Below are positions 34,442 to 44,715 of a stretch of DNA of 64,000 nucleotides, piece by piece (position 1 is the first letter of the stretch; every line of letters begins with the position of its first letter). Under the pieces are notes generated by a model. The model did not search any database, was not told the DNA's origin, and saw only the letters and a list, made by a program, of their open reading frames with translations. The stretch lies in IMG/VR virus record IMGVR_UViG_3300032213_002070, positions 32,001 to 96,000 of that record; one strand, written 5' to 3'. The position numbers and the translations under genes are program-made. Source of the stretch: a virus.

Positions 34442-35482
34442 TTAACGTGGTTTAGTCGACTCAGTAGAGGATACTAATGCGCTTTCTATTGCTGTTTTAA
34501 TAGCGGTTGTTTTAGGAGTGGTATTAAGATTTGGAACTGATGCTTTTTGAGGATATGGGTTAGTCTTAGATGTAGCTTCTGTAAAATAAAAATCTCTTGC
34601 AATAAAGCTATAGGTTTCTATTAGAGGAGAGCCACCGCTTTCGTATCTAGTGCTCATATTCACTAGGTGAACATTTTGTAAAATTACTTTAAGAGGAGTA
34701 GTTTCAGATACTTTTATTTTACGTTCATTTATATCAGTTGAAATAATTCTATCTAGATTAGATCTTTGTGCTGCACTTGCGGATGCACTATTTGAGGCTG
34801 TTCCCACAGTGGTCAATCCTGTTTCCTCTACACCATATACTATTACAAAGTTAAAAGGAGGATGGGCGCTAAAGATATTGTGATCTCCACCAATAGCTGC
34901 AGAAGCAAGAGCTGGATCCGTAGTAATTCTATCTAATTGACTATTTGCCCAATACTTCTGAATGTTCTCTTCATCCTTCATGGATTCCGCTTGTGCTCTC
35001 ATGGTAGAAATAACACCTGCTGAATCCGATTTACCCGATGCTGCATTTGCCCTCATCGTAGCTGCCTTCTCAAGCATCTCTGTCATTCTTCTAGGATACC
35101 TAGAATAAACGGAAAACTCGCCTTGTATAACTCTTGTGCCGTTCATCATTGCATCAAAGTTATATGACCAGAAGCCATAGAGTGGAGTTTTCTCTTGTCT
35201 AATAGCAAACCCAAATGTAGCTATATCTAGCTCATCTTTTGGATCAAAGAGACCATCAATATATACTCTTACATCTTCTCCTGAAAAGAAATAATCATAA
35301 TAGTTACTAAAGGTTGGGTCACCTGTGCTAGGGCCGCCAGACCAAAGTAAGTCTAACTCAGCACTCAGTGGATCAAATGTTCCATTAGGATTTCTTATAG
35401 CTGGATTATTAGATACCGTATCCTGATAAGGTATATAACCGGAAAATGGTCTATATGGAGTAACTTTAAATGGAGTGGTCAT
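34442..35482 (-). CDS. Tail tube-like protein (paralog 3)
   Basis: FSGEDV, QEKTPLYGF, GTRVIQGEF, HPPFNF motifs shared with the two upstream tube-like genes. Confidence 0.6.
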   Translation of the reverse strand: MTTPFKVTPYRPFSGYIPYQDTVSNNPAIRNPNGTFDPLSAELDLLWSGGPSTGDPTFSNYYDYFFSGEDVRVYIDGLFDPKDELDIATFGFAIRQEKTPLYGFWSYNFDAMMNGTRVIQGEFSVYSRYPRRMTEMLEKAATMRANAASGKSDSAGVISTMRAQAESMKDEENIQKYWANSQLDRITTDPALASAAIGGDHNIFSAHPPFNFVIVYGVEETGLTTVGTASNSASASAAQRSNLDRIISTDINERKIKVSETTPLKVILQNVHLVNMSTRYESGGSPLIETYSFIARDFYFTEATSKTNPYPQKASVPNLNTTPKTTAIKTAIESALVSSTESTKPR

Positions 35483-35488
35483 ATTTAA

Positions 35489-36253
35489 TTATTTTCCTTT
35501 ATATATTTGCTCAATAAAGTTTTTATAATCTTGCACCCTATCACCAAACGCATTAGTAGACATTCTTAGTCTTTCGTTTTGTTGGGCCTGATATCCATTT
35601 GGGTATTTCATATCATCACTAGCCGTATCTAATTGTATCAGAGGTTGAAGCCCTCTAGCCATATAGGTGTAGGTTTGTTCTGTTATTAAGTCGTCAATTG
35701 ACATAGTAGATCCTTCGTCAACTAATGTAACTCCAAATATTTTCATTTTAGCAGCAAGTCCGTATTCGTTAAAGAATGTAAATACAACGTCGAATGGAGG
35801 AAGCATATCCGCTAGTGGAGCGTAGAATCCCTTGCTATCTGCTAAAATTTTTCTATAGCTTTCTATTCTATAAAATGCATATTCATTAAATTGAGTAAAG
35901 ATCATGCTTCCAGCTATTGTTCTAGCGCCCTTAACAAAACCTCTTGGGTTAACATGGCCTAAAGTTCTTACTGGTGAATTTTCCCTATGCATTGAATAGG
36001 ATATAGTTTGCAGTTCTGCCAATTCAAGGACATCACCTTCATCTGTGAAGAATCCATTTTCCCCAATTTTAGGGATAATAATTGTTGCAGTTATATCAGC
36101 ACCAGAAAATGACATATCTGAAAATGGATCTGGTAATCCATTATTTTTTCTAAATTGTTTTACACTATTTTCATAAGTAGAAACTCTATTTTTATTAGCT
36201 GTTATTGTGTTCAGATTACTGGCATCTGAAACATCTTTTGCATTAAAAGCCAT
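35489..36253 (-). CDS. Tail tube-like protein (paralog 2)
   Basis: FSGADI, RENSPVRTLG..NPRGFVKGARTIAGSMIFT, LPPFDV, NEYG, GSTMSIDD: clear paralog of 36343..37032. Confidence 0.7.
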   Translation of the reverse strand: MAFNAKDVSDASNLNTITANKNRVSTYENSVKQFRKNNGLPDPFSDMSFSGADITATIIIPKIGENGFFTDEGDVLELAELQTISYSMHRENSPVRTLGHVNPRGFVKGARTIAGSMIFTQFNEYAFYRIESYRKILADSKGFYAPLADMLPPFDVVFTFFNEYGLAAKMKIFGVTLVDEGSTMSIDDLITEQTYTYMARGLQPLIQLDTASDDMKYPNGYQAQQNERLRMSTNAFGDRVQDYKNFIEQIYKGK

Positions 36254-36266
36254 TTAGTTTTCCTTA

Positions 36267-36312
36267 TAAATAAAATAGTGGAGGACGGCGTAAACCATGT
36301 CCCCCACTATTT
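36267..36312 (-). terminator. Intrinsic terminator after the major tail tube gene
   Basis: Minus-strand AAATAGTGGGGGAC-12 nt loop-GTCCTCCACTATTT (14-bp stem with one G-U) followed by TATTTAT. Confidence 0.65.
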
Positions 36313-36342
36313 AATAGTTTTAGTTATTCGACTAGCTTATAA

Positions 36343-37032
36343 TTACGGTCTAATTATATCCGAATTCAATCCGCTAGAGGTCACTGCATCTTTGCTAATT
36401 AATGAACCAAGATCAGCAGAGTTGAATCTGTTAAGTTGGTCTGTAGCAATTTTGTACATTGGTCCTATTTCACGAGCAACGTATGTCATTGTTTCTTCGA
36501 TAACGATATCGTCCATCGAAGCTCCTGAACCTTCGTTCAAAAGTTCAACACCATAAATTGATCTTACAGCGGCTTGACCGTATTCGTTAACAAACGTAAT
36601 TGTGATATCGAATGGTGGAATTTGGTCTGCGTAATATGGAGTCTTGCTTACTACGTCTCTTGTTTGTGTTGAGACTTCAGCAATGCCTCTCTTGTGACTT
36701 GGATCTCCAGGAAGAGTGTTATGTGCTCTTGTGAAGAATTGCATTTCCGATGGTGTGTTGTGATGTGCTTCCAACATCTGGTAAAGAGCAGGACGATCAA
36801 ATACTGTGAATATCAATGATCCTGCAATGCCTCTTTTACCCCTTGAAAACGAACGTGGGTTTGGTGAACCCATTGTATAGATTGGAGCCTTTTCTCTTGT
36901 CACTGAAAAAGTGATTCCAGAAAGTGCACCTATTTCAACGCCACCAAAAGTGGCAACAATATCAGCACCAGAAAATGTTGTATAAGTATTCAAATACTTA
37001 TTTACTGAGCTGTCGTAGTATTCGCCTGCCAT
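36343..37032 (-). CDS. Major tail tube protein
   Basis: Immediately downstream of sheath; FSGADIVATF, REKAPIYTMGSPNPRSFSRGKRGIAGSLIF; strong GGAGG SD; followed by a terminator. Confidence 0.75.
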   Translation of the reverse strand: MAGEYYDSSVNKYLNTYTTFSGADIVATFGGVEIGALSGITFSVTREKAPIYTMGSPNPRSFSRGKRGIAGSLIFTVFDRPALYQMLEAHHNTPSEMQFFTRAHNTLPGDPSHKRGIAEVSTQTRDVVSKTPYYADQIPPFDITITFVNEYGQAAVRSIYGVELLNEGSGASMDDIVIEETMTYVAREIGPMYKIATDQLNRFNSADLGSLISKDAVTSSGLNSDIIRP

Positions 37033-37083
37033 AGTACCCTCCTAATCGGTATATATAATTGCAGTTTGTGTTTTTATATTTAA

Positions 37084-38358
37084 TTAACCAAGAGCAACTG
37101 AGATTTGAACTTCAATGTTTCTAAGTTCAAATGCCGGTGTAATTACTAGGTCAATCAAAGCCATTGCTTCTTCAGGTGCGTATCTGATGTTGAAATCACT
37201 ATCTAAGATAGCGCCTAATTGCTGCATTCCTCTAAGGGATGAAGTTACAGATGTTTCCATCGAGTTTCTTACTTGCAGCGTTGATGGTTGGCCAATGTAC
37301 TTCTGGCAACTCTGACGAACAACCATTGTAGCTTCATTAACGATTCTTAAAGTTGTCAATCTTGTGTAGTCAGATGTGCTACCAGCAAAGGTAACGCCAT
37401 CGGAGAAGATTGGAGCCTTGTTGAAGTTAAGAAGTACGCAGTTAACGCCCTTGTCTGTCAATGCTGTGAGTAGAGTCTTGCTTGGGTTATAACGTAATGA
37501 AGAAATATTATAAACAGTTTTGTTTATAGTTGAAGTATACGAAGCCATTCTGCTAATTGCTCCAGCTAATGAGGTGGCACCATTTGTGTAACCCCAAGCT
37601 GCTGGATAATTTGAAGGCTTAAGCTCTGTAGCAATAACTACAACGTTTCTTCCTACTTCGTTCATTGCATATGTATGCTGTGCTGGTACAACAGCATTTT
37701 CTCTACTTGTCAAATTCGATATTGCTAAGTGTGTTGCAACTTGGCCTGGTGTCATAACTTCGTTAGCTGAACCCGTGTAAGGCTTAACGCCCAAGATTGC
37801 GAAGCAAGGTGATGTGTTTTGACTAATTAGGTTAACAACTTCACTGATCTTATATGCCCAGCTATTTGTTACGGTTGAACTGTTGTCAGCATGGAAACCG
37901 TAAATTTCATCCGCGCTAGAACTAAATGCCTCAGAAGGAGTTGCCGCCCAGAGTCCTGCTCTAGCACCACTACCCCAAGGTACGATTACATCTGGTTGAC
38001 CAGCTTCTGCAGCTGCGAAAGCATCTGCAAAAACGCTGCCACCGAAACTAGAACTTGTTACAGCGCCAGTGCTGTGGTTCCATACAGTATCACTTGGAAG
38101 TGGTACCATGAAGATTCTTTCAGCGCCTGAGGCAATCAATTCAACAAATGCTCTGTGACATCCAGAACCATTGCCAAATGCCGTAATAACGTCTGCCTCA
38201 TTTGTGCAAAGGACTACGTCAAGGTCAGCTACATTACCTGTGCCGTTTGCAGTGGTTCTTTTAGCAATCACTACGATTCTTGGTCCAACTGGACTATCTT
38301 GACGTGAGATGCTGTAGAAGCGATCTTTGATTATTGTTTTTACACCTGGTAGAGCCAT
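37084..38358 (-). CDS. Tail sheath protein
   Basis: N-terminal LPGV; C-terminal RLTTLRIV...YIGQP...LVITPAFELRNIEV typical of contractile sheath; GGAGG SD. Confidence 0.8.
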   Translation of the reverse strand: MALPGVKTIIKDRFYSISRQDSPVGPRIVVIAKRTTANGTGNVADLDVVLCTNEADVITAFGNGSGCHRAFVELIASGAERIFMVPLPSDTVWNHSTGAVTSSSFGGSVFADAFAAAEAGQPDVIVPWGSGARAGLWAATPSEAFSSSADEIYGFHADNSSTVTNSWAYKISEVVNLISQNTSPCFAILGVKPYTGSANEVMTPGQVATHLAISNLTSRENAVVPAQHTYAMNEVGRNVVVIATELKPSNYPAAWGYTNGATSLAGAISRMASYTSTINKTVYNISSLRYNPSKTLLTALTDKGVNCVLLNFNKAPIFSDGVTFAGSTSDYTRLTTLRIVNEATMVVRQSCQKYIGQPSTLQVRNSMETSVTSSLRGMQQLGAILDSDFNIRYAPEEAMALIDLVITPAFELRNIEVQISVALG

Positions 38359-38404
38359 TGTATTTTAAACCTCCGTGAAAGGATTTCTTTAATTAATTCA
38401 AAAG

Positions 38405-38413
38405 ATATAGTAA
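38405..38413 (-). promoter_or_regulatory. Putative phage late promoter motif TTACTATAT
   Basis: Recurring intergenic motif, ~47 nt upstream of the sheath ATG. Confidence 0.55.
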
Positions 38414-38468
38414 TGGACAACCTATGAAAACTAACTAGATTACAATTTTTCTGCTTATATTATATATC

Positions 38469-39266
38469 TTAATGATTTGGGTTTTCGCCTTGAAATAGAT
38501 CTGTAATATCAACTGTGACATTTGGGTCTAGCGTCACATTTGGGGTTGCGGCTTGATCCACTAAGCTCTTTTCATAAGCTATCCATTGCCTAATATCTAT
38601 AGCCATTTTTTCAATTTTATCCACTGCGCTTACGGCTATCTTTTCAGTAGTTAGAAGGTAGGTAACAGCTCTCTTAACTACATCTGTTTGATCCATATTA
38701 ATTTCAGTATCAGAAAGCCTTCTTGCATAAACAAATTCAGAAGCTCCTAATCTTTTAAAAACTGGAGTATATTCCAACATAAAGTCTTCAAAAATTTCCA
38801 TAACCCTGTCAGCTACCTCTGCGCCAACATATTGCCTCGAATCTCCAGCTATCTTTCCGGCATTTGCTTCAGTCATCACTGTGAAGGATATAATATTTTG
38901 AAATCTTTGGGCTTCTATAATGTAATATTTTCCATCTTCACCTATGGCTTTATCTCTATAACGCATCTTAGGTTCTTGGTTGTGTGCTCTTTTTAATTCC
39001 ATTCCATAGGCTATACATGGATACTGGGCAAATTTTCCACCGTACGTAGGGACTATCGGAATATCTGGATATGCATTTTCCCATACAGCTTTTACAAGTT
39101 CTATAAATTGTGGATAACTTAAGTTTCCATCTGCTTTTAATCTATTTTTATCGCTATCATCTGCGTAGGCGGGGTCGCGTCTTTTTGCTTCTGCAAACTC
39201 TTCCCACTTCGACGATGGAGCTAAATCTCCATCAAATCTACCAGGGAATGGAAATGCTGATGCCAT
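38469..39266 (-). CDS. Putative tail terminator / neck protein
   Basis: 265 aa ORF just upstream of sheath; YPCIAY...QRFQNIISFTV pattern; mainly positional inference. Confidence 0.5.
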   Translation of the reverse strand: MASAFPFPGRFDGDLAPSSKWEEFAEAKRRDPAYADDSDKNRLKADGNLSYPQFIELVKAVWENAYPDIPIVPTYGGKFAQYPCIAYGMELKRAHNQEPKMRYRDKAIGEDGKYYIIEAQRFQNIISFTVMTEANAGKIAGDSRQYVGAEVADRVMEIFEDFMLEYTPVFKRLGASEFVYARRLSDTEINMDQTDVVKRAVTYLLTTEKIAVSAVDKIEKMAIDIRQWIAYEKSLVDQAATPNVTLDPNVTVDITDLFQGENPNH

Positions 39267-39267
39267 A

Positions 39268-41346
39268 TTAAGCCCCTGGTCCAGTCGTCACAGAAAAGTT
39301 AATATTTTTTAAACCCAAAGAAGAAATCAATCCTATTTCAAATATTAAGAATCCTCTTTCAGTTTTTGATGCATAGCTTTGAAGCGTATAGTCTTTTATT
39401 GCTCTTGTTGTAAGTAGAATGTCTAACATTGATTTAATTTGTGATGTTATTCTATCTTCTGAATTTTTTCCAAGACTATCATTACCTATAATCTTAATCT
39501 CATTTATTACCATTGCTACTAATCTCATTTGTGGAGCTTTGATAAATGAACTTGTTAAGTTAGCCATTGTATAATCATTGGTAATAAAAGATTCATAGGG
39601 ATAACCTCTTAAAGCTTTTCGACTTCTATAGATCGTATTGATGTTTAAATTATCTAATCTAGCTAATGAATCTTTAGAAAGATTTACACCATAAACAGAA
39701 TAAGCTCCTGTTATTCTTGTTCGAATCATTCCGTGATATACCGGATTGGAGGACATAGTTCCCGCAAATGCTGCTGCTGCACTACTCGTATAAGACTTAT
39801 TGAAACCTAAATGATTAAACGTTAGCTCTCCATATATTGGTATTATATATCTACCTATATCTGATGTGATTAATCCATTAGGGTCATACGTTGTTAATTT
39901 GTTTCTAAATATTGGATTAGATTCTAATATAGCTATATCTGAATTAGACATTCCATTTGATCTAGATCCTATAACTCCCAATTGTACGTATCCAGTTGTT
40001 GCGTTGAAATCATAACAATATACCGCTAACTGAGTAATAAAATCTACATCTCCAGTTCCTAAAATTGAAACCTCAAGTGGCACTACTACATCTATTAATT
40101 CACTGCCCTTAATAAGATTATACGTTACTGCTAGTCTTTCGTGATATTTTTCATAGAAGTTTAAATTTTTTGCTTGAGCGTTTGAGTAGAGAAATTCCAT
40201 AGCAGTTAATCTCGATGAAACATCTTCAACATATTCTGACATTGGTGCAACTGCAGCTATGTGTATATTTCTAGCTCCACAACTAAAAGCGTCATAAACG
40301 CCTCTTAAGAGAGGTGAATTCATATTTGCACCTAGTACATTTATGGCTTCTTGCATTGAATGAATTTTGGTTATCTCGTTTAGTTCTAAGCCATCTGAAT
40401 GCCCTAATAATAAAATTGAATTTGTAGTATTTGTTTCTAGAAAATCGTAGATTGGTCTACGTGAAACACTAGTGCTAGCCGTGGGTCCACTTTGAAGACC
40501 GGAGATTCCAATATTTTGATCGGCTGCATAGCCACCTATTATGTCCAACGCTCCTATTTGGATGTCTAGGTTTAGTGGAAAAGAAAATTTATTTGATGTT
40601 GGTACTGCGCTAATATAATAAGATCCATCTATGTCACCATAAATATCATTTACTGTAACAAAATCTCCTACTGATAAATTATGTGCGTTTTCCGTCGTTA
40701 AGGTTAGTATTCCATTTGAATAAAATCTTGATGTTAACGATCCAGTTTTCAAGGATAATCTTGCAGACACTTCAAAATTATGTTCAATAATTTGCTGTCT
40801 TTGATTTATTGTTGCTTGTATTATTAATGTATAATAACCGCTCGATAATTCTTCTGGTATAGTATAAATAAATTGATATTCAGAACTTGAATATCTATTA
40901 AAATAGAAATCATTTTTTAATGTTAATCTAGCTTTATGTTTAGTGTTGTCAAAAGATGATAGATTTGGTAATGTTGTTACTGAAGCTGTAAGTACTACAG
41001 TGTAAGTATTTGTAACACTCTTTACTGTATAGGATAAATCATACCCTCCACCAACACCATAGACTACAACTTCATCATCTACCCTAAGGGTGTGTTCAGA
41101 GCTAAAGGTGAAAGTTGGAGATATACTCCCAGATACTAATGCAGATGGAGTTATTCCAGAAATTCTATAACTTGAATTAAGCATAGACGTCACTGGATGA
41201 ATAACATTGCCGTATGAATCTTGACCCCTTATCACTGAGGCGTACACATCTATGGGTGACGCTTCTGCAATGGGATCCACATAGGATCCAGCTATTATAA
41301 ATCCAAAACGGAATTTAATGTTTTGACCATTAACAACTTTAAGCAT
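39268..41346 (-). CDS. Sheath-like protein with N-terminal beta-rich extension
   Basis: Start reassigned to ATG 41346 (MLKVVNGQ), overlapping the upstream stop; C-terminal half parallels the sheath (GARNIHI vs GAERIFM; QMRLVAMV vs TLRIVNEA; LKNINFSV vs LRNIEVQI). Confidence 0.6.
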   Translation of the reverse strand: MLKVVNGQNIKFRFGFIIAGSYVDPIAEASPIDVYASVIRGQDSYGNVIHPVTSMLNSSYRISGITPSALVSGSISPTFTFSSEHTLRVDDEVVVYGVGGGYDLSYTVKSVTNTYTVVLTASVTTLPNLSSFDNTKHKARLTLKNDFYFNRYSSSEYQFIYTIPEELSSGYYTLIIQATINQRQQIIEHNFEVSARLSLKTGSLTSRFYSNGILTLTTENAHNLSVGDFVTVNDIYGDIDGSYYISAVPTSNKFSFPLNLDIQIGALDIIGGYAADQNIGISGLQSGPTASTSVSRRPIYDFLETNTTNSILLLGHSDGLELNEITKIHSMQEAINVLGANMNSPLLRGVYDAFSCGARNIHIAAVAPMSEYVEDVSSRLTAMEFLYSNAQAKNLNFYEKYHERLAVTYNLIKGSELIDVVVPLEVSILGTGDVDFITQLAVYCYDFNATTGYVQLGVIGSRSNGMSNSDIAILESNPIFRNKLTTYDPNGLITSDIGRYIIPIYGELTFNHLGFNKSYTSSAAAAFAGTMSSNPVYHGMIRTRITGAYSVYGVNLSKDSLARLDNLNINTIYRSRKALRGYPYESFITNDYTMANLTSSFIKAPQMRLVAMVINEIKIIGNDSLGKNSEDRITSQIKSMLDILLTTRAIKDYTLQSYASKTERGFLIFEIGLISSLGLKNINFSVTTGPGA

Positions 41347-41719
41347 GTTGTGTATTTGTTTCCCTTGTTGCGCCCGCTGTCCAAAAGCTGATCTTGCCAC
41401 CTCTACCTCTAGCCGGAGCAGCAAAATCTATTAAAAAAACTTCTTCACCATTTGGTAGGTCTTCATATATTCTATCACCAGATTTAGGATTAGCATCGTG
41501 TTCAAAATAATAAATAACTTCAGAACTTACAGCTAGACCCTGTGGACGCTCTTGCATCGCGTTAGTAAAACCTACAGATCCTGGCCAAAAAGCTCTTACT
41601 GTATATCTTTGAAGACGAGAAGAATATGCCATAGATTTTCCATCTACTAATCTTTGTAAAAGAATATTGTGTCCCCAATTTCTTAAAAGATGACGAACCG
41701 TTCTTTTTGGATCAATCAT
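41339..41719 (-). CDS. Putative head-closure / head-tail joining protein
   Basis: 126 aa, WGHNILLQR...YYFEHDANPKSGDRIYE...RGRGGKI; position in neck module. Confidence 0.5.
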   Translation of the reverse strand: MIDPKRTVRHLLRNWGHNILLQRLVDGKSMAYSSRLQRYTVRAFWPGSVGFTNAMQERPQGLAVSSEVIYYFEHDANPKSGDRIYEDLPNGEEVFLIDFAAPARGRGGKISFWTAGATRETNTQHA

Positions 41720-42599
41720 GTCTTCTTATTCCTCTTTCTGGAATTGGGTTTTGATCAGGTGTTTGTATTGCAGTTGGACCATATAGATCTCGAGGAGTGT
41801 AATATACTGACAGACCTGTATATGGGTCCATATTCCTTCCTGCGCCTATTGTAGGCATGGCTGGAAGCCCCTTAGGCTGTACTGCCTTCATTCCTGTCTT
41901 GGCTGTTAACATTTCTTTTCTTAACATTGCTGCTATTTGACACCACGTTGTAGCATTGGCTCTACTCAGGCTAACCCTAGGAAGACTTCTATTTGTAATT
42001 GATAAATCACCAAGTCTTACGGACAATTCGTCGTCTCCACCATTTCCGTATACTCTCGTCATTTCACAACATGTTGCTGCTCTAATATACTCAAGCGCTA
42101 TAAACGGTATGTGAGATCCATCTTCGTCATCTAATAAATTATAAATTCCTTTTATTTCAGTGGAATATGTATAAATAAATTCGCCTAATTCCAGCAACGA
42201 AGTATCCGGGAAATATGGTAATAGCAATTCTGGATCAAGATATAAGGGTTCAATATCTGGCGCAAAAAATATAATTTCATCTTCTTTAAGAAGGATGGTA
42301 GGCCTATAATCTTCAGTCGGAGTACTGACATATATCTGTTGATTAACATTTATGGTAGTATTATTAGATAATATTCCGGTAAAAGAAACCCTATAATTAC
42401 CAGCTGTAGCTGGTGTAAAATCATAATAATATTGGGATCCCGTTAATTGCGTTGGTGCAGTGGAAACTATAATGGCATTACTAGGATCATATATCTTAAT
42501 TAAAACAGATTGAGGGGTAACCTCAATCTGAGCATCCCCTTCACCGTTAACAAATTTAACCTTTAAACGTACGGTATCATTGACTAGAATAGTTGCCAT
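41712..42599 (-). CDS. Putative head-tail adaptor with N-terminal Ig-like domain
   Basis: N-terminal GSQYYYDFTP..AGNYRVSFTG Ig-like pattern; C-terminal SVRLGDLSI adaptor-like motif. Confidence 0.5.
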   Translation of the reverse strand: MATILVNDTVRLKVKFVNGEGDAQIEVTPQSVLIKIYDPSNAIIVSTAPTQLTGSQYYYDFTPATAGNYRVSFTGILSNNTTINVNQQIYVSTPTEDYRPTILLKEDEIIFFAPDIEPLYLDPELLLPYFPDTSLLELGEFIYTYSTEIKGIYNLLDDEDGSHIPFIALEYIRAATCCEMTRVYGNGGDDELSVRLGDLSITNRSLPRVSLSRANATTWCQIAAMLRKEMLTAKTGMKAVQPKGLPAMPTIGAGRNMDPYTGLSVYYTPRDLYGPTAIQTPDQNPIPERGIRRHD

Positions 42600-42624
42600 T
42601 TTTCCTCACTAAAGATAGATACCC

Positions 42625-42633
42625 ATATAGTAC
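42625..42633 (-). promoter_or_regulatory. Putative late promoter motif variant GTACTATAT
   Basis: 26 nt upstream of ATG 42599. Confidence 0.45.
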
Positions 42634-42647
42634 CAACTAAGTATAGT

Positions 42648-42971
42648 TTATCCCAAACTTACTACGCTATTACCTTGATTGTTTGGGCTTCCTATGCTGA
42701 TAAGCGTGCCAGAATGTATAGTAATAGATTCTGCCTGCATTATTGCAGCTCCTTCGCTTTGAAGTGTCTCTATAGTTATAACTCCACTTGGATTTACATC
42801 AATGCTTAAAACAGCTATTGTTGTAGATACCGAGAAGTCTTGACTACCACCAAAGAATATATTAATATTATTTAGTATTACCGGATTAGCTATACCTTTT
42901 ATATTTAAAATTATAGTTCCAATATAACTAGAACTAGGTTCGTTATAAGTAATTAAATCATTATACTTCAT
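42648..42971 (-). CDS. Hypothetical protein (probably structural)
   Basis: 107 aa ORF with AGGAG SD, preceded by a TACTATA motif. Confidence 0.5.
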   Translation of the reverse strand: MKYNDLITYNEPSSSYIGTIILNIKGIANPVILNNINIFFGGSQDFSVSTTIAVLSIDVNPSGVITIETLQSEGAAIMQAESITIHSGTLISIGSPNNQGNSVVSLG

Positions 42972-42996
42972 ACGACTCCTGCTATAAGACCACTTG

Positions 42997-43005
42997 TTAT
43001 AGTAG
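42997..43005 (-). promoter_or_regulatory. Putative late promoter motif variant CTACTATAA
   Basis: 26 nt upstream of ATG 42971. Confidence 0.4.
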
Positions 43006-43025
43006 TGTAATTATATGAGAATATA

Positions 43026-43814
43026 TTAATATTCCAAACCGGCATCTTTGCGCAAGTTGGGCATCCAAATTCTTGAGTCTCCCTCAAAGTGATGCTCAGG
43101 AGTTCCATAAAGAAAAGAACCAAGGTACGCTATTCTAAGACCGTTGGTTACTGGAGCAACCTCGTGAGTGCCTATGAAGTTGGTTGGGTAGATAACTGCA
43201 GAACCAGCTTTTGGCTTGTGTGTGTGCTTAGCGTGCTTGTGGGTAATCTCTCCACCTAGAAAATTATAATCATTAAGTTCTTCAGCGTTGTCTACAGAAT
43301 CATTTAAGTAAATGTTTACACTTACCTTACTGTGCTTTGGATATTCGCTAGCAGGAGCTTTGCCAAACTCATGAGGTATCTGATCATCGCAATGGGGACC
43401 TATATTCTGGCCCTTTTCATAGGTGGCGATATGACCCATTCCTCTCCACCAGCACACCGTAGAGGCGTCAGGATAGTACTTGCAGTACTCAACTAGAATT
43501 CTATACATTAGATCTTCTAGATCTGCTATAAACTGCTCCTGCTGTGGTGTAACGTCTCTATTTGGACTCCATTTTAATAATGGATCTATGAACCTGCTAG
43601 GTGCTAATACTACGCCATCGGGATCAAATTTAAAACCAGTTCTATTTATTGCGTATCGTTTACCGTTTTCTTCGACGTATGTAAAAGTTTCTTCTTCAAC
43701 TTCTCTTAGATAATTGATATAATCAAAAAGAAATTTTTGGTCTACGTCAATACAGTCTTTTACTACACATAATCCACTGCCAACATCGGTCATGTTTATT
43801 TTTGTATCTATCAT
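43026..43814 (-). CDS. 2OG-Fe(II) oxygenase, prolyl 4-hydroxylase-like
   Basis: HCD...YLND...GGE...HEV...G.R facial triad and 2OG-binding Arg. Confidence 0.85.
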   Translation of the reverse strand: MIDTKINMTDVGSGLCVVKDCIDVDQKFLFDYINYLREVEEETFTYVEENGKRYAINRTGFKFDPDGVVLAPSRFIDPLLKWSPNRDVTPQQEQFIADLEDLMYRILVEYCKYYPDASTVCWWRGMGHIATYEKGQNIGPHCDDQIPHEFGKAPASEYPKHSKVSVNIYLNDSVDNAEELNDYNFLGGEITHKHAKHTHKPKAGSAVIYPTNFIGTHEVAPVTNGLRIAYLGSFLYGTPEHHFEGDSRIWMPNLRKDAGLEY

Positions 43815-43815
43815 A

Positions 43816-44715
43816 TCAACTACCGTAACTCGAAACAGTTATTCTATATTGTTCTGAAAATTTATCGAATCCTCTATTTAATAAATGATTTTGATAATCT
43901 TTTATGAACGTTGGCATATAGACATTGGTGGAAAGTTGCGCTTTTTCTGGATTCTTTAGCGGATCTTCTACGCTCTCTTTAACTTCCACATTTGGAGTTC
44001 CTTGACTATACCATCCTAAATATGAAAATCTTAGACCCTTCTCTACAAGTTTTACTTCATGACCGGCTGTATAGGAAGCTGGAAAGAATATAATATCTCC
44101 TCTTTTTGGCTTATGTGTTATGTCTAAGTAATTGAAGTAGTGATCGCCACCCATAAAATTTTTTCCATTTAATTCATCTTCATTTTCAACAGAATCATTA
44201 AAATAAATTAAAGCAGTTACAGTACTACGCATTGCTAATTGATCGGTAGGAGTCCAAACATCATATATGTAATCAGTACTAATGTCTGAATGAGAACCTA
44301 AATATGCGCCTTCCTTATATGAAACAATATGACCTTTTACTTTCCACCATATACATTTAAATGCAAGTGGATAATACTCTAAATATTTAAATAAATAATT
44401 ATCTCTAGCGGATTCTAAACCATTTAAAAATTCTATTACTTCTTTTCTTGTATCTTGATGCGCTGCCGATCCCCTACCTGGCATTATATCAATACTATCT
44501 TTACCAAAAAAATATCCACTCTTATTTATGTAAATTTCTTTTCCGGTTTCTGGATCAATCCCAGGAGTATACATAGCTGCTTTTTCCCTATTCACAATTT
44601 CGCTGCAGAAATCAAAAGAATAATCTGCATCAAAGTCTATTGCGGATCTAAATAGAACTACACCACCACCAAGATTTTCACCTTCTATATTTTTATTCAA
44701 AACAAAATTATTCAT
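43816..44715 (-). CDS. 2OG-Fe(II) oxygenase, prolyl 4-hydroxylase-like
   Basis: HSD...YFND...GGD...HEV..V..GLR. Confidence 0.85.
   Translation of the reverse strand: MNNFVLNKNIEGENLGGGVVLFRSAIDFDADYSFDFCSEIVNREKAAMYTPGIDPETGKEIYINKSGYFFGKDSIDIMPGRGSAAHQDTRKEVIEFLNGLESARDNYLFKYLEYYPLAFKCIWWKVKGHIVSYKEGAYLGSHSDISTDYIYDVWTPTDQLAMRSTVTALIYFNDSVENEDELNGKNFMGGDHYFNYLDITHKPKRGDIIFFPASYTAGHEVKLVEKGLRFSYLGWYSQGTPNVEVKESVEDPLKNPEKAQLSTNVYMPTFIKDYQNHLLNRGFDKFSEQYRITVSSYGS

Noticed and set aside
41347-41424. N-terminal extensions given by the ORF track (also 3297-3335, 47349-47357, 52204-52245)
   Set aside because: They overlap upstream genes or promoters; downstream ATGs with SD sequences or translational coupling are more plausible starts
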